This document shows, one piece after another, positions 13,900-26,605 of a stretch of 64,000 nucleotides of DNA. Position 1 is the stretch's first letter. Every line of letters starts with the position of its first letter. The position numbers and the translations under genes were made by a program. A model generated the notes under the pieces. It saw only the letters and a program-made list of their open reading frames with translations, made no database searches and was not told the origin of the DNA. The stretch covers positions 18,974,001-19,038,000 of the forward strand of contig NC_045696.1 of the NCBI RefSeq assembly GCF_009834535.1, read 5' to 3'. Origin of the DNA: Camelus ferus (lineage: Eukaryota).

Positions 13900-14480
13900 T
13901 TATTGCAATGAGGCCTAATGAGAAACTTGGCAATTCCTATAAAGGAAAAAATAAGCAATAATACAACTGGAGAAAAATGTCTAAACCATTTAAAGACTAT
14001 GAAAATCAAGAAAAGACCTTCAACAAATTGGGAAGTAGTTATTTATGAAAACTACTGAAACTTTGGATAAGAACAATTGGAATCTGTTATGTTATTTCCG
14101 ACTTAGCTCTGTAAAATGGTAGTTTAACCATAGCAGGTTGGCCATGATCTACATCTTCACTAAAGGTGGCCTGTCACTAAATTAGAACAGAGTGCAAAAC
14201 ACACTATACCCAGAGGAATTATTAGTAATAGTGGTAACCTCAGTGGTAAATAAGGAGAACAATGAGGGACTTGGGGAACCTGAAATCTGCTCCTGGTTGG
14301 GGCAAGCAGTAGCCAACTAACCTGTTATTTTCCAGGGAGATCCAGAAAATATGACAAGCTGATGAGAAGGATTTGCTAAGTTCACCAGACATCTCTGGCT
14401 GACTGAAACAGCTTCATGTAGGAACAGGAGAGGCTGGGGAAGTCACAGTTATCAACACATTGGACACATTGCTGTGCATC
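13900..14480 (+). mobile_element. Possible 5' UTR fragment of an old L1M
   Basis: ACAAATTGGGAAGTAGTTATTTATGAAAACTACTGAAACTTTGGATAAGAACA resembles recalled old L1M 5' ends. Confidence 0.4.
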
Positions 14481-14509
14481 CATGCAACTTTGTGACACAT
14501 CCTTTTATA

Positions 14510-14760
14510 GGCAAAGTTAATTTCTTAGCTCAAGGACAGTACTTTGAGGCTCTGTAATTCCAGATGTAATATATTCATTTAACCAGTGATCATGACGTAT
14601 GCACCTAACAACAGATTAAATGAGTGAAAACAGGATTGACCCTTCCAACCATCTTCCAGTATCCCAACAGATGAATTTCATCTTTCTGCCCTTGGAGTCA
14701 TGAGCGTTGCTAGATTAGAGGTTCAGTCTCCCAGAGAGAAAAGATAGAGTTATAGCTAAA
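14510..14760 (+). mobile_element. Possible ERVL/MaLR internal fragment
   Basis: GAATTTCATCTTTCTGCCC..GTTGCTAGATTAGAGGTTCAGTCTCCCAGAGAG resembles recalled MLT/ERVL internal sequence. Confidence 0.35.
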
Positions 14761-15859
14761 AAGTGTGGGAAGGGAAAAGTATATCAGGAACATTTCCTCT
14801 CAGTGTTTCAAGGCTCTGTAAAAACTATTAATAACAATTTTGGCAACTACGGCCCTGCCAAGGATAATATAGAAGTCTGGTTTCTACCATCTGTAATAGC
14901 CAATATGAGAAATCTGCAGTTTCCTGAAGGACAGAGTTGATGAGTCTCAGTGATGGTTCAGGATCAATTACAGCATCAGGGACTGCTCTAACAATCATCT
15001 TGTATTGAGTCTCTTGAAGAATTTTCAGTTCGCCACTTTCTGATAGAGGAACAGACTTAATGTAGGAACTGAGGGGATTTGAGTGGTAAAAGGGGAGGAC
15101 TGTGGTGCCCTACATCACCTCCACCTGTGCCCCTCTCAGTTCAGGAAACAGCTCTGCCTAGCTCAGACTCTCCTCAGGCTGACAAAATACCACTTCATTT
15201 GTGCACCATTCCTTTCTTCGCTTTTGCCTTGGCGCTTCTTTATCAGTGTAGAAGTCCACTCATCATGAGCATAACAGAATCTGGTAACAGGGAAGAGTTA
15301 ATATTTCACAAACATCAGCCAATGGGGTAGAAAACAGTAAATGCTTCACATTTCTTGCTTTCAGTTTACAGTCAAAAGAACATCATCGAAGTCATAAAGA
15401 TATCACATTTCATCATTAACTACAATAATCAATAGCAAAGGTTAAGACAATTTATGCTTGAACATTCCTTTTACAAAAAAATAAATCCAGTATTGTATTC
15501 TGGTAACTCTTTTAATGAGCACTACTATATAAAAATAACTACAAAACATAAAATCCAAAGGCCAGATGCAATTGAATTTATTTACTGCAATTGCTAGTTT
15601 CATCCTGTGGGGACGTTTTATAAATATAAGTGATTGCATGTGAACACATCAGTGTTTAAATTTGATGTCATCCCATTTGTCTACTTTTGCTTTTGTTGCC
15701 TGTCTACTCACTATAAATCTTATAATTTCATAAAATAAGATACTTAAAATTACAAATAATCTGATCATACTGAAATATAGTAATCAAAATGTCAAAACTA
15801 TTAAAAGCACAGTTATATATGTGTTCATGTTAATTCATAAAATGATTAATTCTTGTGGC

Positions 15860-16020
15860 AGGATGAATAATATAAAATATGTAATATTAAAATAATAGAA
15901 ATAATCAAACTTATATAATAAATATAACAAATATATAAAATAATATGAAATATGGAATACAGATATTATATTATATCATAATATAAATATTATAAGTATT
16001 ATAATAATAAAATATAGAGT
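15860..16020. repeat. AT-rich low-complexity tract
   Basis: Almost entirely A/T, with degenerate ATATAA/TAATA units. Confidence 0.7.
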
Positions 16021-17492
16021 TAGTGATTATTGTACATATATTTCAAGCTTATCTAAAGTGACTAATGCTTTATGAATACATAAGCCATTTTAATGGATGA
16101 CAAGTTATAGACACTCCAATACTACTTTTCATTGTGTTTATCTATTTAAGATTTGCTAAATTTCAGTTATCTTTACAAATGTATGTGTTTTAAAAGAGCT
16201 TTGCTAATGTTCTTTTCCTATAGATTTTGATAACAAGAAGCGTGAAGATTTAAGGCCATTCAGTATAACAGGTTTCCACATTAGGCATACATCAATACTT
16301 AGCTTGGAAAAATCCCGTTATTGGCAGTCGAAAAATAAGTTCTTGCAAGAAAGGATATTGATAGAGGAAATGTTATGCATTCACATATCTTATTCCTTGG
16401 AAACTGATTCAGTCAGAGAGCCAAGAAAAATGCTGAGTAAAATCAAAGTTTTCATGGTTTATGAACCAGGGAAAATGAAGTGACTTAAGCACAAAACTCC
16501 AGGAGCTCCATCTATTGAAGAAAGCAGCAGGGATTCTTCAGTTGGTCAGTCACCCTGATGAATGCAGTCCATTAATTAAATCAAGACCCTAACAAAATGA
16601 CTTTTATAATGAAAGAAAATGGTTGACAGGCAATAAGAAATGTGTTGAATGTGTCTTTAAAAGCTTATAAAACAAAAGAACAATATTTTCAAAGGAACTT
16701 TACAAAAATAGAACTTGGAGGAATAACTGAATTATGAAGAGACATATTAAGAAGCCAATTTAACTACTCTTGACCTGCTTTAGCCACTGAGACTTGCTTG
16801 ATATTATGTCTAACCCTTCTAGAGATTTCTTTCCATTTCCTAGAATTTTTTTCCAAAATAAAGTAGCTAAAATAAGTTACACTTTATGATTTTTGTTTGC
16901 AATTTAACAGAAAAGGGTTCATAACACTCTAGTTAACACCATCTACTTATATATTCACACAAAAGTATACATTACATATATATTACATACATATAAGTAT
17001 ATATAATTACATGTATAATTTTAAAATCTTACTCCTCCAAGTCTCCCCTTTCATTGGGGAATGTCAAATTCTCAGAAGTTAACACAGCTTCACAATAAAA
17101 ATAAGATAGTACTAAAGGTATTTTTAATGTCCTTAAAATAGTAGCTTTCAATTTCCACAGTCTTTGGGTAACAGGCCAATTTATTTGTGGATTCTATAGC
17201 AAAAGCAAAAGTAAACATGCATACTTTAACCAGATATATTTAAATTATTCAGGACAATTCCTTTGATGTAAATTTTGTTGGATAACATTTATTTCACTTA
17301 CCGTTATTTGTAATATATTTCCTTCCTATGAATGATAATTCCCCTACATAACAGTTACGCATTACACTTGGTAGATAATATTTCATATACACTGGTAGAG
17401 CTTCTCCTTAAACAGAACTATTTGTTACATAGGTGTGTAACTTCCATATGCTTATACATCAAATATATCTTGAGCGTTGAGTGTCTGCTCTT

Positions 17493-17494
<2 letters not shown>

Positions 17495-17540
<46 letters not shown>
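17495..17540. repeat. Compound (GT)n(GA)n microsatellite
   Basis: GT run from 17495 continuing directly into a GA run ending 17540. Confidence 0.97.
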
Positions 17541-17914
17541 AATGTCTAATAATCACTTTTACAAGGAAACATATTTGCTTTCTAAACAGATAGCTAATCT
17601 TGATTTTTGTGTATTGGCTTTTTGAGTCCCCAGCAGTCCTCATGACGTAATATCCATTCAGTTAATGTGGGACACCCATTTTATTAGAGTTATATTGCTC
17701 AATTGCTCCATCAATTTTATCAGTTGGTGATGCAGAGGGACATAGAACTATAAACATACACAAAAAGTAGATGTATCGGTTGATCAGACTGATAGGATGA
17801 TAAATATGTAGATAGACTGATCAATCGGGAAGAAAGATGATATAAATATGAGTGAGGGAGGGAGACAGCATGAGAAGGGAAGAGAGATGCCAACATGGCA
17901 TTTTAAAACATAAC

Positions 17915-18045
17915 TTTCTGAAAGCAGATCTCTGGATTCAGATTGCCTCAGGTAGAGCCCTAGCTTTGCCTCTTACTGACTTTGTGCTTGTTAATAAGTC
18001 ATTAATATGTTCTAATGCAATTTTCTTCTCTGAAACATAATAATT
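17915..18045 (+). mobile_element. MIR SINE fragment
   Basis: Core-like CCTAGCTTTGCCTCTTACTGACTTTGTG..AAGTCATTAA..TTTTCTTCTCTGAAACAT. Confidence 0.55.
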
Positions 18046-19674
18046 TAAAACAAGAAACTAATAAAACCAAGCTAACAAGGTATATATGTAGTATATATAC
18101 ACCTACATAGAGAGTATTTTAAAGAAAGGGAGACTATTGGAAGTGGTGCACATCAGGAATTAATTCATTTTTCACTTATGTTCTTAACTTGATATGTCAG
18201 AGAAGTAAGCAGGGATCAAAACAGGAGAATATATATTTGAAGGTGATATGTTTTGAAAAATTAACTTCCTTCAGAAATAAATGTATAAAAATATTCAAAT
18301 ATGGGTTATTTATGAAGAACAAGCTTAGGAAAAAAAATAAGGGTATTCAAGATTAAAATTACTGTCTAGAAATAATATAGGGAAGATTTCAGACATTTTT
18401 AGAAATTACTTGGCAAATATTCCTGCAGACGGAGTCTCCGTTTCCATGGACCCCTCTTTCCATGTGGAAGGAGTTCGTATAGAAGAATGTTTCTGTCTTC
18501 TTGCCGTGCTGCTTAGTTGTAGAGTTGAATAGCATCTTTGGTTCACATTTCTTGATTGGATGGAGAAAATTTACTAAAAGCAGAACGCATTAGTTATCAC
18601 TCATGTTCTTGTTTTGTAACTCTTTCCTCTTTGTCAGTAAACCTGGCTAAATGCACCAACCCTGGAGATACCCACTTCCCCAAGGTGAGAGATCCCGGAG
18701 TCTAGAAAGTTATTGAGGGCAGTAACGGAGAGGGACAGTTTGCAAACACTTTGGCCACAGATCTAAATAAACACACTTCACTAAATTTGTTTTTCTGCAC
18801 CAAATGTGATACTTTAATTCCTTATGAATGTCTTTGTACCTTATTTCTCAGGTTGGCCCAGACTTGAGATGTAGAGAAAAGTACATTATTTTTAACTGTG
18901 TTTATGATATAGGATCAAAAAATCACCCAAGATAACCCTTGATGAAAACACAGTGCCTAAGATCCAAAGTAAGATGAGTGGAACACAGAATTATTGTCAT
19001 GAAAATTAGAATGCAATAAACACTTAATTTAGAATAATATAGAAGTTATGTAAAATTGAACTTGTAAAGAAGAATAATGCCTGAAATCATGTTTTCATAG
19101 AATATAGAGAATATGTAAATAAAAATAAAATAAGCAATGATATGATGGAAAGATAATGGCAACCTACTATAATATTAATAAATACATTTGGTTGGTAGGA
19201 TGATTTAGAAAATAAGCATTCATTCTTCACTAATCAAAACAAACATTTTTATGAAATGGAAAAAAAAACTGTTAACATACATAGAGAGGAAGCTGCATAT
19301 TTAAAAACAAAACAGCAACAATAAAAATACAAACCGTAAACCAAAGCAATTTCTATACCTTGGCAACTCTGGCAACTTTGAATTATGGAGAAGCATAGAG
19401 AAATACAAACCAGAGTAATTAAAGCCATATTAACCTAAGATTTCTTTGTTGCAGGAATAAACTATTGAAAACACTGAGCCAACATTTTAAAATTTTAGGG
19501 TAAAAGATTTTGACTCAATACTGTAATACTTGAGGTAAAGTTACTTTTCGCATCACCTCGGATAATATCAGATATCCAGTATCTCAGAGAATCTGAGGAA
19601 TATTGACTTAAGTGAGGCCCCTATAAGGAAAACCTGAGATAGGCCTTCTTGTAAAGGGAATTCTTTAAACAAGC

Positions 19675-19949
19675 TTTTTTTTTTTATTGCACTGTAGTTG
19701 ATATATAATATTATGTAAATTACAAGTGTACAGTAAAGTGATTCACAATGTTAAAGGTTAACTCCATTTATAATTATTATAAAATACTGTCTATATTCCC
19801 CATATTGTACAATATATGCTTGTAGCTCATTTTATACATAGAGTCTGTGCCTCTTAATTCCTGACCCCTATCTGCCCCTCCTCCCTTCCCTGTCCTCACT
19901 GGCGACCACCAGTTTGTTCTCAATATCTGTGAATCTGTTTCTTTCATTC
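19675..19949 (-). mobile_element. 5'-truncated L1 3' UTR (cetartiodactyl/laurasiatherian type)
   Basis: Poly-T then ATTGCACTGTAGTTGATATATAATATTATGTAAATTACAAGTGTACAG..GATTCAC and CTGGCGACCACCAGTTTGTTCTCAATATCTGTGAATCTGTTTCT, typical of a reverse-strand L1 3' end. Confidence 0.85.
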
Positions 19950-20340
19950 TTGCTGGTAGCAGCCTCGGAAGGGGAGTAGAGAAGCTGGGCAGGAAGGGCC
20001 AGACCATTCAGCAAGAGTGAGATCTCAGCTAGAGACAAGCTTTAACCTGGCATTGTGGGGCAATCTTGAGCATGGATTGCACCACAGAGTTGGACCCACT
20101 TCGAGGGCGCATCACTGGCCTTTTGCATCCCTGTGTCAGTTAGAGAGACATTGGATGGATGGCTGTCTTGGGCAGAGGAGCAGCATGACTCCTGGGTGAG
20201 GCACCTCTCCTTACCTGAGGACCAAACTCTGATGGAGTTAACTGGTAGCCAATAGCAGTCAACAATCAGAGCAGCCAGGAAATAGGTGCGACAGCTCAGT
20301 GAAGGGGCGCTGGGTGGGGTCCAAGGCACCCTCTTGTACA
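19950..20340 (-). mobile_element. LTR16C-like ERVL LTR, truncated
   Basis: Reverse complement begins TGTACAAGAGGGTGCCTTGGACCCCACCCAGCGCCCCTTCACTGAGCTG..GCACCTATTTCCTGGCTGCT, like the recalled LTR16 5' end. It explains the local GC rise. Confidence 0.7.
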
Positions 20341-22200
20341 AAGCTCAGATTAACTGGTTTATCAATAACACAATTATTGACGATTTCTGTGAAAAATAAT
20401 GAAAGAAACATTAGTGTGACCAGTTAGAATCTCTGCAGCTTTAGCTGGCCAGAGGCTAGACCTGGTATATATCACCCTCCTATTCTCGTAAAATTTAGAC
20501 TCCCTTTCCATGCACCTAACCCTTCTCCTGAAATCACTGCACAGCTGCTGGATGGTGGTTTTCCTAATGGGATAAACAGAATGGAACATTATCCTTAAAG
20601 GGTCTGAGCGCCTGATAACCAAAAAGCTCTGAAAGGCTCTATCTCCATGGAAAATCTTTACAGCTAAATGGGTCATAGGAAACTGAGAGCTATCCCACTG
20701 AATCAACCTCGTCATGCCATCCTGCTGGGAAGTTACTGATAAATTCTAAAACATTTAAAATAGAGTCAACTTAAGCATGTGTCATAAAATTGAGCTAGAA
20801 AAAGAGATTGAAATATACACTTCAAGGACAACATATATAATGTAAAAATAATAATTTTCAGCTTGTAACCTGTGTTAAAAACTCCACAGTATATTTATGC
20901 ATTCTTGGGAAAAGTTTGGGAAGAGAGAAGAAGTCTATTGATTTCTCTCCTTTAATTGGGGCAGACTACAGTGTATCAGGGATACAGGTTGACATTTCAA
21001 AATGCATAGTAACTTAACAATGCTTGTTTTTTAATTGAAAGTAAACAGCGGAAGATTTCTAACTAGGACAACAAATATAAAATACTATTAAAAAGTTATA
21101 ACGAATCTATTTCACCATAGAAAACTAAAAGATATTTTAAAGTAATCTCACTAAGATGAAAGAATTTTGTCAAACATTCCATTTCTGCAGAAGAGGTCCA
21201 ACCTGCACATACTGAAGCTTAACACTAAGGTATTTTAAACGTTTATCAGAAAAATAAATGTATTTTTTTACATAAAGCAACTCATCAAGGTGAAAAAAAA
21301 GTAAGGTTTATGAAAAGACGCTTCCATCAGAAGCAAAAATAAAGCACAGATGGCATTAGCAGTATCAACATTAGCAGTATCTAAGGCATAAGACATGAAC
21401 CACAGCAAAGAGGATAAATTTATGCCAATACATAGTTCAAAAGTGAATAAAGCTACAGCTATCAACTCTTGACCTTGACTAAGTGTGTATGATAGGTAAA
21501 AACAAAGCTTATTTGAAACCCCAGGAGAAACAGAAGGAAAAAAATTATCTTTCTCCCTATGATGGATAAAGAATTCCAAGTAAAAGTAGGGTATATAAGA
21601 TACTAACAAGAGTATCATTTTGATTCTAAAATATGAGTTTACATATATTTAAAAATCTTAAAATAGGCATCAATGCACTATTTACAACTGTGTCATTTTT
21701 GTCTAAAAGCTATATTAAATCAATGATGTCTTATAATTGATGCTTTAGAAGTGATAAATTGCATATTTAGTAAACATTTATACCACTTGGGAAACTGATT
21801 TAGTTGTTGTGACAGGGCAAAAATATGTATGACTGAAATTAAATGGAAGTTTATTCTTTCCTTGTATCATATTCTGAGCATAAAACATCCTGGGCTGATA
21901 GGATGTTGCCATGATATTAAAGGATCTGACTCATTCTATTTGGTTGCTCCACTTTTCCTAAAATTCACTTTCCTTTTTGTATGAGTTGGTTTTTCTTGTT
22001 TCCATTCCATTTCACATAAACTTTAAAGCAGGTGGGAAGTGTTGAAGAGGGGAAATATATTTATATACAAACAAGGTCCTAAGAGTAAGTTTTAAAAGAA
22101 ACCTTAGATTTATATCTTAAAAATATAAATACTGACTTAATTGAGGAGCATGGAGAACAATTTCATATAAAAATGAAGCACTTTCAAAAGCATCTACTCA

Positions 22201-22495
22201 TTTTTCATACATCCCATTGGTCATATGTATATTCTCTTTGGAGAAGTGTCTATTCAAGTCTTTATCTCATTTAAAAAAATCGGGTTATTAGATTTTTTGC
22301 TATTGAATTGTAGGAGTTCCTTATATATTTTGAAGATTAACCTCTTATCATACATATGGTTTGCAAATATGTTCTCTTCTTTTGTAGTTTTCCCACTTAC
22401 TCTGTTGATGGTTTCCTTTGTTGCAGAAGAGTTCTAGTTTGATATAGTCCCACTTGTCTACAGGCTTTTGCTGCCTATGCTTTTGGTGTCATAGC
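22201..22495 (-). mobile_element. Inverted 5' segment of an L1 (late ORF2)
   Basis: TTTGGAGAAGTGTCTATTCAAGTC, TTTGCAAATATGTTCTC and TTTGATATAGTCCCACTTGTCTA..GCTTTTGGTGTCATA are antisense L1 ORF2 C-terminal region. Confidence 0.88.
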
Positions 22496-22505
22496 TGTAA
22501 CATTT

Positions 22506-23260
22506 CTACTTCACTAATTATCAGGAAAATGCAAAGCAAAAGCGCAACGTGACATCACCTCTCACCTGTCAGAATGACTATTATTGGAAAAACAAAAGAC
22601 AAGTGTTGGCAAGACTGGAATGCTTGTACACTGCTGGAGTGCAATACAAAATTGTGCAGCTGCTATGCAGAATAAGATGGAAGATCTTCAGATATTAACA
22701 GAACTACCACGTGATCCTGCAGTACCTCTTTGGGGTTTTATTCAAGATAATTGAAGTCGAGATTGCAAAGAGATAGTAGCACTCTAATACTCATTGTAGC
22801 ACTAGTCATATTAGCCAAGAAGTGGAAACAACATAAATGATCATCAACACATGAATGAATACAGGAAAATGTGGTATACACAATGTGACATATATTGGAA
22901 TATTACTCAGCCTTAAAAAAGAAGGAAATTATGTAGTATGCAAACAATATAGATTAACCTCAAGGACATTATGCTAAGTGAAATCAGCCAGTCACAGAAA
23001 GACAGATACTGAAAAATCCCACTTATATGAGCTGCATAAAGTAGTCAAATTCTTAGAATCTAAGGGCAAAATGAGTGTTGCTTACACCTAGAGGGATAGG
23101 AGAACAGAGGATTTACTAATTAACAAGCATTAACAAGTTTCAGTTAAGCAAGATGAATAAACTCTAGATCTGTTGTACAATAGCAAACAATATTGTACTG
23201 CACACTTAAAATTTTGATAAAAGGTAGATCTCATAAGTATTCTTACCAAAATATTTTTTT
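22506..23260 (+). mobile_element. Sense 3' segment of the same L1 (ORF2 end plus 3' UTR; L1MA10/L1MB1-like)
   Basis: TCACTAATTATCAGGAAAATGCAAAGCAAA..CACCTCTCACCTGTCAGAATG, GGAATATTACTCAGCCTTAAAAAAGAAGGAAAT, ATGCTAAGTGAAATCAGCCAGTCACAGAAAGACA; 3' end GGTAGATCTCATAAGTATTCTTACCA. Confidence 0.88.
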
Positions 23261-24059
23261 GCATCTATTTAGCTGGACAGAAATGGAATCTTCCTTGTAT
23301 TCTTATAGCTGCTCTCAAGCTGCCATTTTCTTCTAGTGGTGGGAAAAAAATAACATTGCTCTAAGTGGTAACTCAAATATTTATCTTTTAAAATAATCCC
23401 TCTAAAGTAATTATTGGCTTATATTCCTCATCTTACAATTTTGGAGCCAAATGTGAATATGAAGTGAGAATTTTGTCAGATTTTGGAGAGGTGACGTCAT
23501 CCAAATTTTTCCTGAAATGTCCTTTGGAGCCTTGAACAGTGGACCATAATCAAAAGCATCCCTATTTCTGCCATAAAATCTCTGACAGTTCATATGAAGT
23601 TAAATCAACAGCGACTTGCAGTATTTCATTGTCATCAAATTATATTGAGAGCTATTTGCATATTGGAACTGTTGGCACAAAATTGTGAACCTGGAACAAG
23701 TCTTTCAGTGATTCTCCGGTATTTCTTTTCCTTTTATTTTCTGCTGGGTTAATCTGAATTCCTGGGGAACTTGCTATTATTCCAGATTTAGGGGAAAGAC
23801 GGGGGTACTCTATGCTTTTATCTTTAGTTTGGTCTTTGCTGCAAATAATTTTGTATGTAACTGTGTAAGAACTCTATGATATATCAAGAAAAATAAAGTA
23901 GATAGTGCTTGCAACCCCAGGTATTTGCTATTTAATCTCTCTATGGTCAGAAACTACCCTGACATTTTTTTGTGCATAACCACAAGTATTTTTATAATAT
24001 TATAATGGTGATTTTTTTTTAGGTTAGCTATTTAACATACGTTTAAAAAATACCATAAA

Positions 24060-24230
24060 TAATAGTACAATAAGCATGTAAATAGCACCTACTATGTGCC
24101 AGGGAATGTTATATGTGCTTTATAAATAAATACTTAGTGGGTGTGAATATTTCACTAATGTTACCTATTTTTAATAAGAAGTCAACTAAGAGAACTTAAC
24201 TACATCCCAAAGACCATATGATTATTAAAC
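24060..24230 (-). mobile_element. MIR SINE fragment
   Basis: AGCACCTACTATGTGCCAGG..TGTGCTTTA and AACTACATCCCAAAGACCATATG resemble antisense MIR. Confidence 0.6.
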
Positions 24231-25238
24231 ATTTTGATATTTCAGTATTTTGTGTTTTAAAAATGTTATATAATATTTATTACTTATGTTTTCTATATTA
24301 CAGAGACTTTACATACTCAGCCTTAAATTCAGCCGAACCCTAAGTTACTTAAAACTCCATGCTTTTTTCCATTCCATATGCTTCTCTCATTCTTATAAGA
24401 AAAATACAGCCCTTATTAAGAAAGAAGATATTATTCTTGTCATTTTCTACACCATCTTTTTGAAATGTTCTACTCTTTTTTTGGTTGGTCTCTGCTTTAA
24501 ATTTTCAAATTATGTCTTCTTTAACAAATAGCTAGAAATGGCAATTAGGTCTTCAATAATAACTTTTAAGGTAAAAATTACATTTTTGAAGTATATTTTC
24601 CATGTAAACCACTGTGAATACTTTTCATTAAAAATTAGGAGAATAAATAATAAAAATAGATCTTACCTCACCCAGCAGTGTATTTTGGAATTCAACAGAA
24701 GAGGTGAAGAAGTAGAGAAAATTACATGATTCCTCAGCTAATAACCATTTTTCTAAATATGAACAACGATGGCTTAGAATGTTCTTTTTAAAAAGCATAA
24801 CAGCTGCAAGTTTATTGCTCTCCTTGAATTTAATGTGCAGCTTGTAATATGCTCTAAGTTATTTTTTTTTAATTCTTATTTTCAAGCAGCTCAAGATTCA
24901 GACATTAAAACAAAGATGAAATTTTTGGTTTTCAGATCAATTAAACAAGCCACTATTCTTTCCATAAAATACACTTCAGAAAGAAAATCAGGAAAAAAAT
25001 TCCCACATCTATTAAACTTGAGACAAGAGCAAAAAAACAGGACAAGGGGAGGCTCTCAAAACCACTCTAGTCCTCCTGTGTGAAACTATAAATTCACTGA
25101 CAGGTTATTTTGTACTACATGCATGGAACCTCTTAGATGTCAGCCAGAACTTAAAAGACCAGGGCACAAAGACTATCTTAGCCATGTCTTTCAACTGGGA
25201 TTTTTGAGCAAAAAAGAGAAAAAAAAAGTGAGTCTTCC

Positions 25239-25772
25239 TGTTACCCAGTCCAAACTCGTTCTTCTCACTGCATGACAGGCCAATAAGTCAGGAGGTAAGG
25301 TGTTGGGGCAAGGAATATGACTTTATTCAGAAAGCCAGCAAATGTGGAGAATGGGGGACTAATGTCCTAGAGAACCATCTTACCCAAGTCAGAATTCAGG
25401 CTCCTTTTATGCTAAAAGCGGGAGGGAGTGTGGTTGGTTGTTGCAAAACTTCTTGGTGTCACAATCCTTTATTCTTTCAGGTGTCCATGTAGGTCAGGTC
25501 ATGATGTTCCTGTAAACCTCCAACAAGAAAAATACTGTTCTCTTTTCTGCAACTTTTTATCTCTACACGTGTGAAAAAGTATTATACCCTTAAAGGTCCG
25601 AGCCTTGCAAATGGCTGTCCTGTATATTTCAGGCTATAGATAGTAGTCTTTCGCAAAAGGTGCAGAACCAGCATGACTAAGCACAGGACACAGGACACAG
25701 AGCACAGAGTTAGAGCTAAAGGAATAAAAGAACAGGTCTAATATGCAGTCAGATGTGTTCTTCCCTATTACA
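25239..25772 (-). mobile_element. ERV1-class solo LTR (534 bp)
   Basis: TG...CA termini (TGTTAC at 25239; ATTACA ending 25772). Minus-strand AATAAA at 25322-25327. Resembles recalled artiodactyl ERV1 LTRs. Flanks TTCC/CTGT do not form a TSD. Confidence 0.75.
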
Positions 25773-26504
25773 CTGTGAAGTCTGTTTCTCTCCCCAAGGC
25801 CAATCCCCCTTTGTTAGTGCTGGTGATTCTTTAAATTATTCTAAGAAAGTATCTCTAATGCATCCATTAACCTTGCTCCCCACTCTGGATCCTTTTTCTC
25901 CATTGAGAGCTCAGAAGTGTGGGGCTGTCAGGATGAGCAACTGTGACTTCACCTTCCTCAAGTTTTATCTTGTAGGAATAAGAGTCTTCATATCATATCT
26001 GAACTGTCAAGTTGGGGTACGTCCAGGCTCTAGTTAGCAAAGCACTAGGTTAATTTTCAGAAACTGTCTGGAAAACAATTGACTTCTGTTTTTGTGTATA
26101 TGGAACTTTAATGAGCTCACACTGAGAACTCCATTTTCTTGTTTTTGTTTAGAATTCCTATAGGGTTAGGCCAATTATAAGTTAGTTCCACTCATTAAAG
26201 TAGCAATAAAATCTTGTTTTCCTTTGTGACAAGCCAGGTTTTAGTGACTTTCAGAAAACTATTTCTAAATGGCACTAAAATGTTTTACAAAATGCAAACA
26301 TTGTGGAATATAGGAAAGATGAAACCATTGATTTTCATACGAAAAATATTCAGTGTAGAGAAAAAAGTACGAAACTGGTATTTCTTTAGTTTGATATTTT
26401 GTAACAAGACAGAGAGAGTGACACTTTTTTTCTTAGATCATCACATTTTAGATATAATGAAACCCAGGGAAGTTCAGTTAAGTACAATTAAATGACATCC
26501 GCAA

Positions 26505-26605
26505 GCAATGTGGTGTATTAGTTAAGCATATGGTTTCTGGAGTTCAGCTCTGGATTAAAATACTAATTTTACTTTATCTTAGCTGGGTGATCTTAGACAA
26601 TTTAA
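26505..26605 (+). mobile_element. MIR SINE 5' fragment
   Basis: GTGGTGTATTAGTTAAGCATATGGTTTCTGGAGTTCAG..TAGCTGGGTGATCTTAGACAA. Confidence 0.65.

Noticed and set aside
18428..18452. ACGGAGTCTCCGT palindrome and partial RFX X-box GTTTCCATGGAC
   Set aside because: The arms are only 6 bp and the second half-site is incomplete, which is compatible with chance.
19777..20715. Cluster of GC-richer overlapping ORFs (76, 60, 99, 113 aa)
   Set aside because: Mostly explained by the L1 3' UTR and LTR16 sequence; no recognisable protein.
22225..22437. Hydrophobic 70-aa ORF, and similar ORFs at 50841-51864 and 53325-54158
   Set aside because: These are antisense translations of L1, a well-known source of spurious hydrophobic ORFs.
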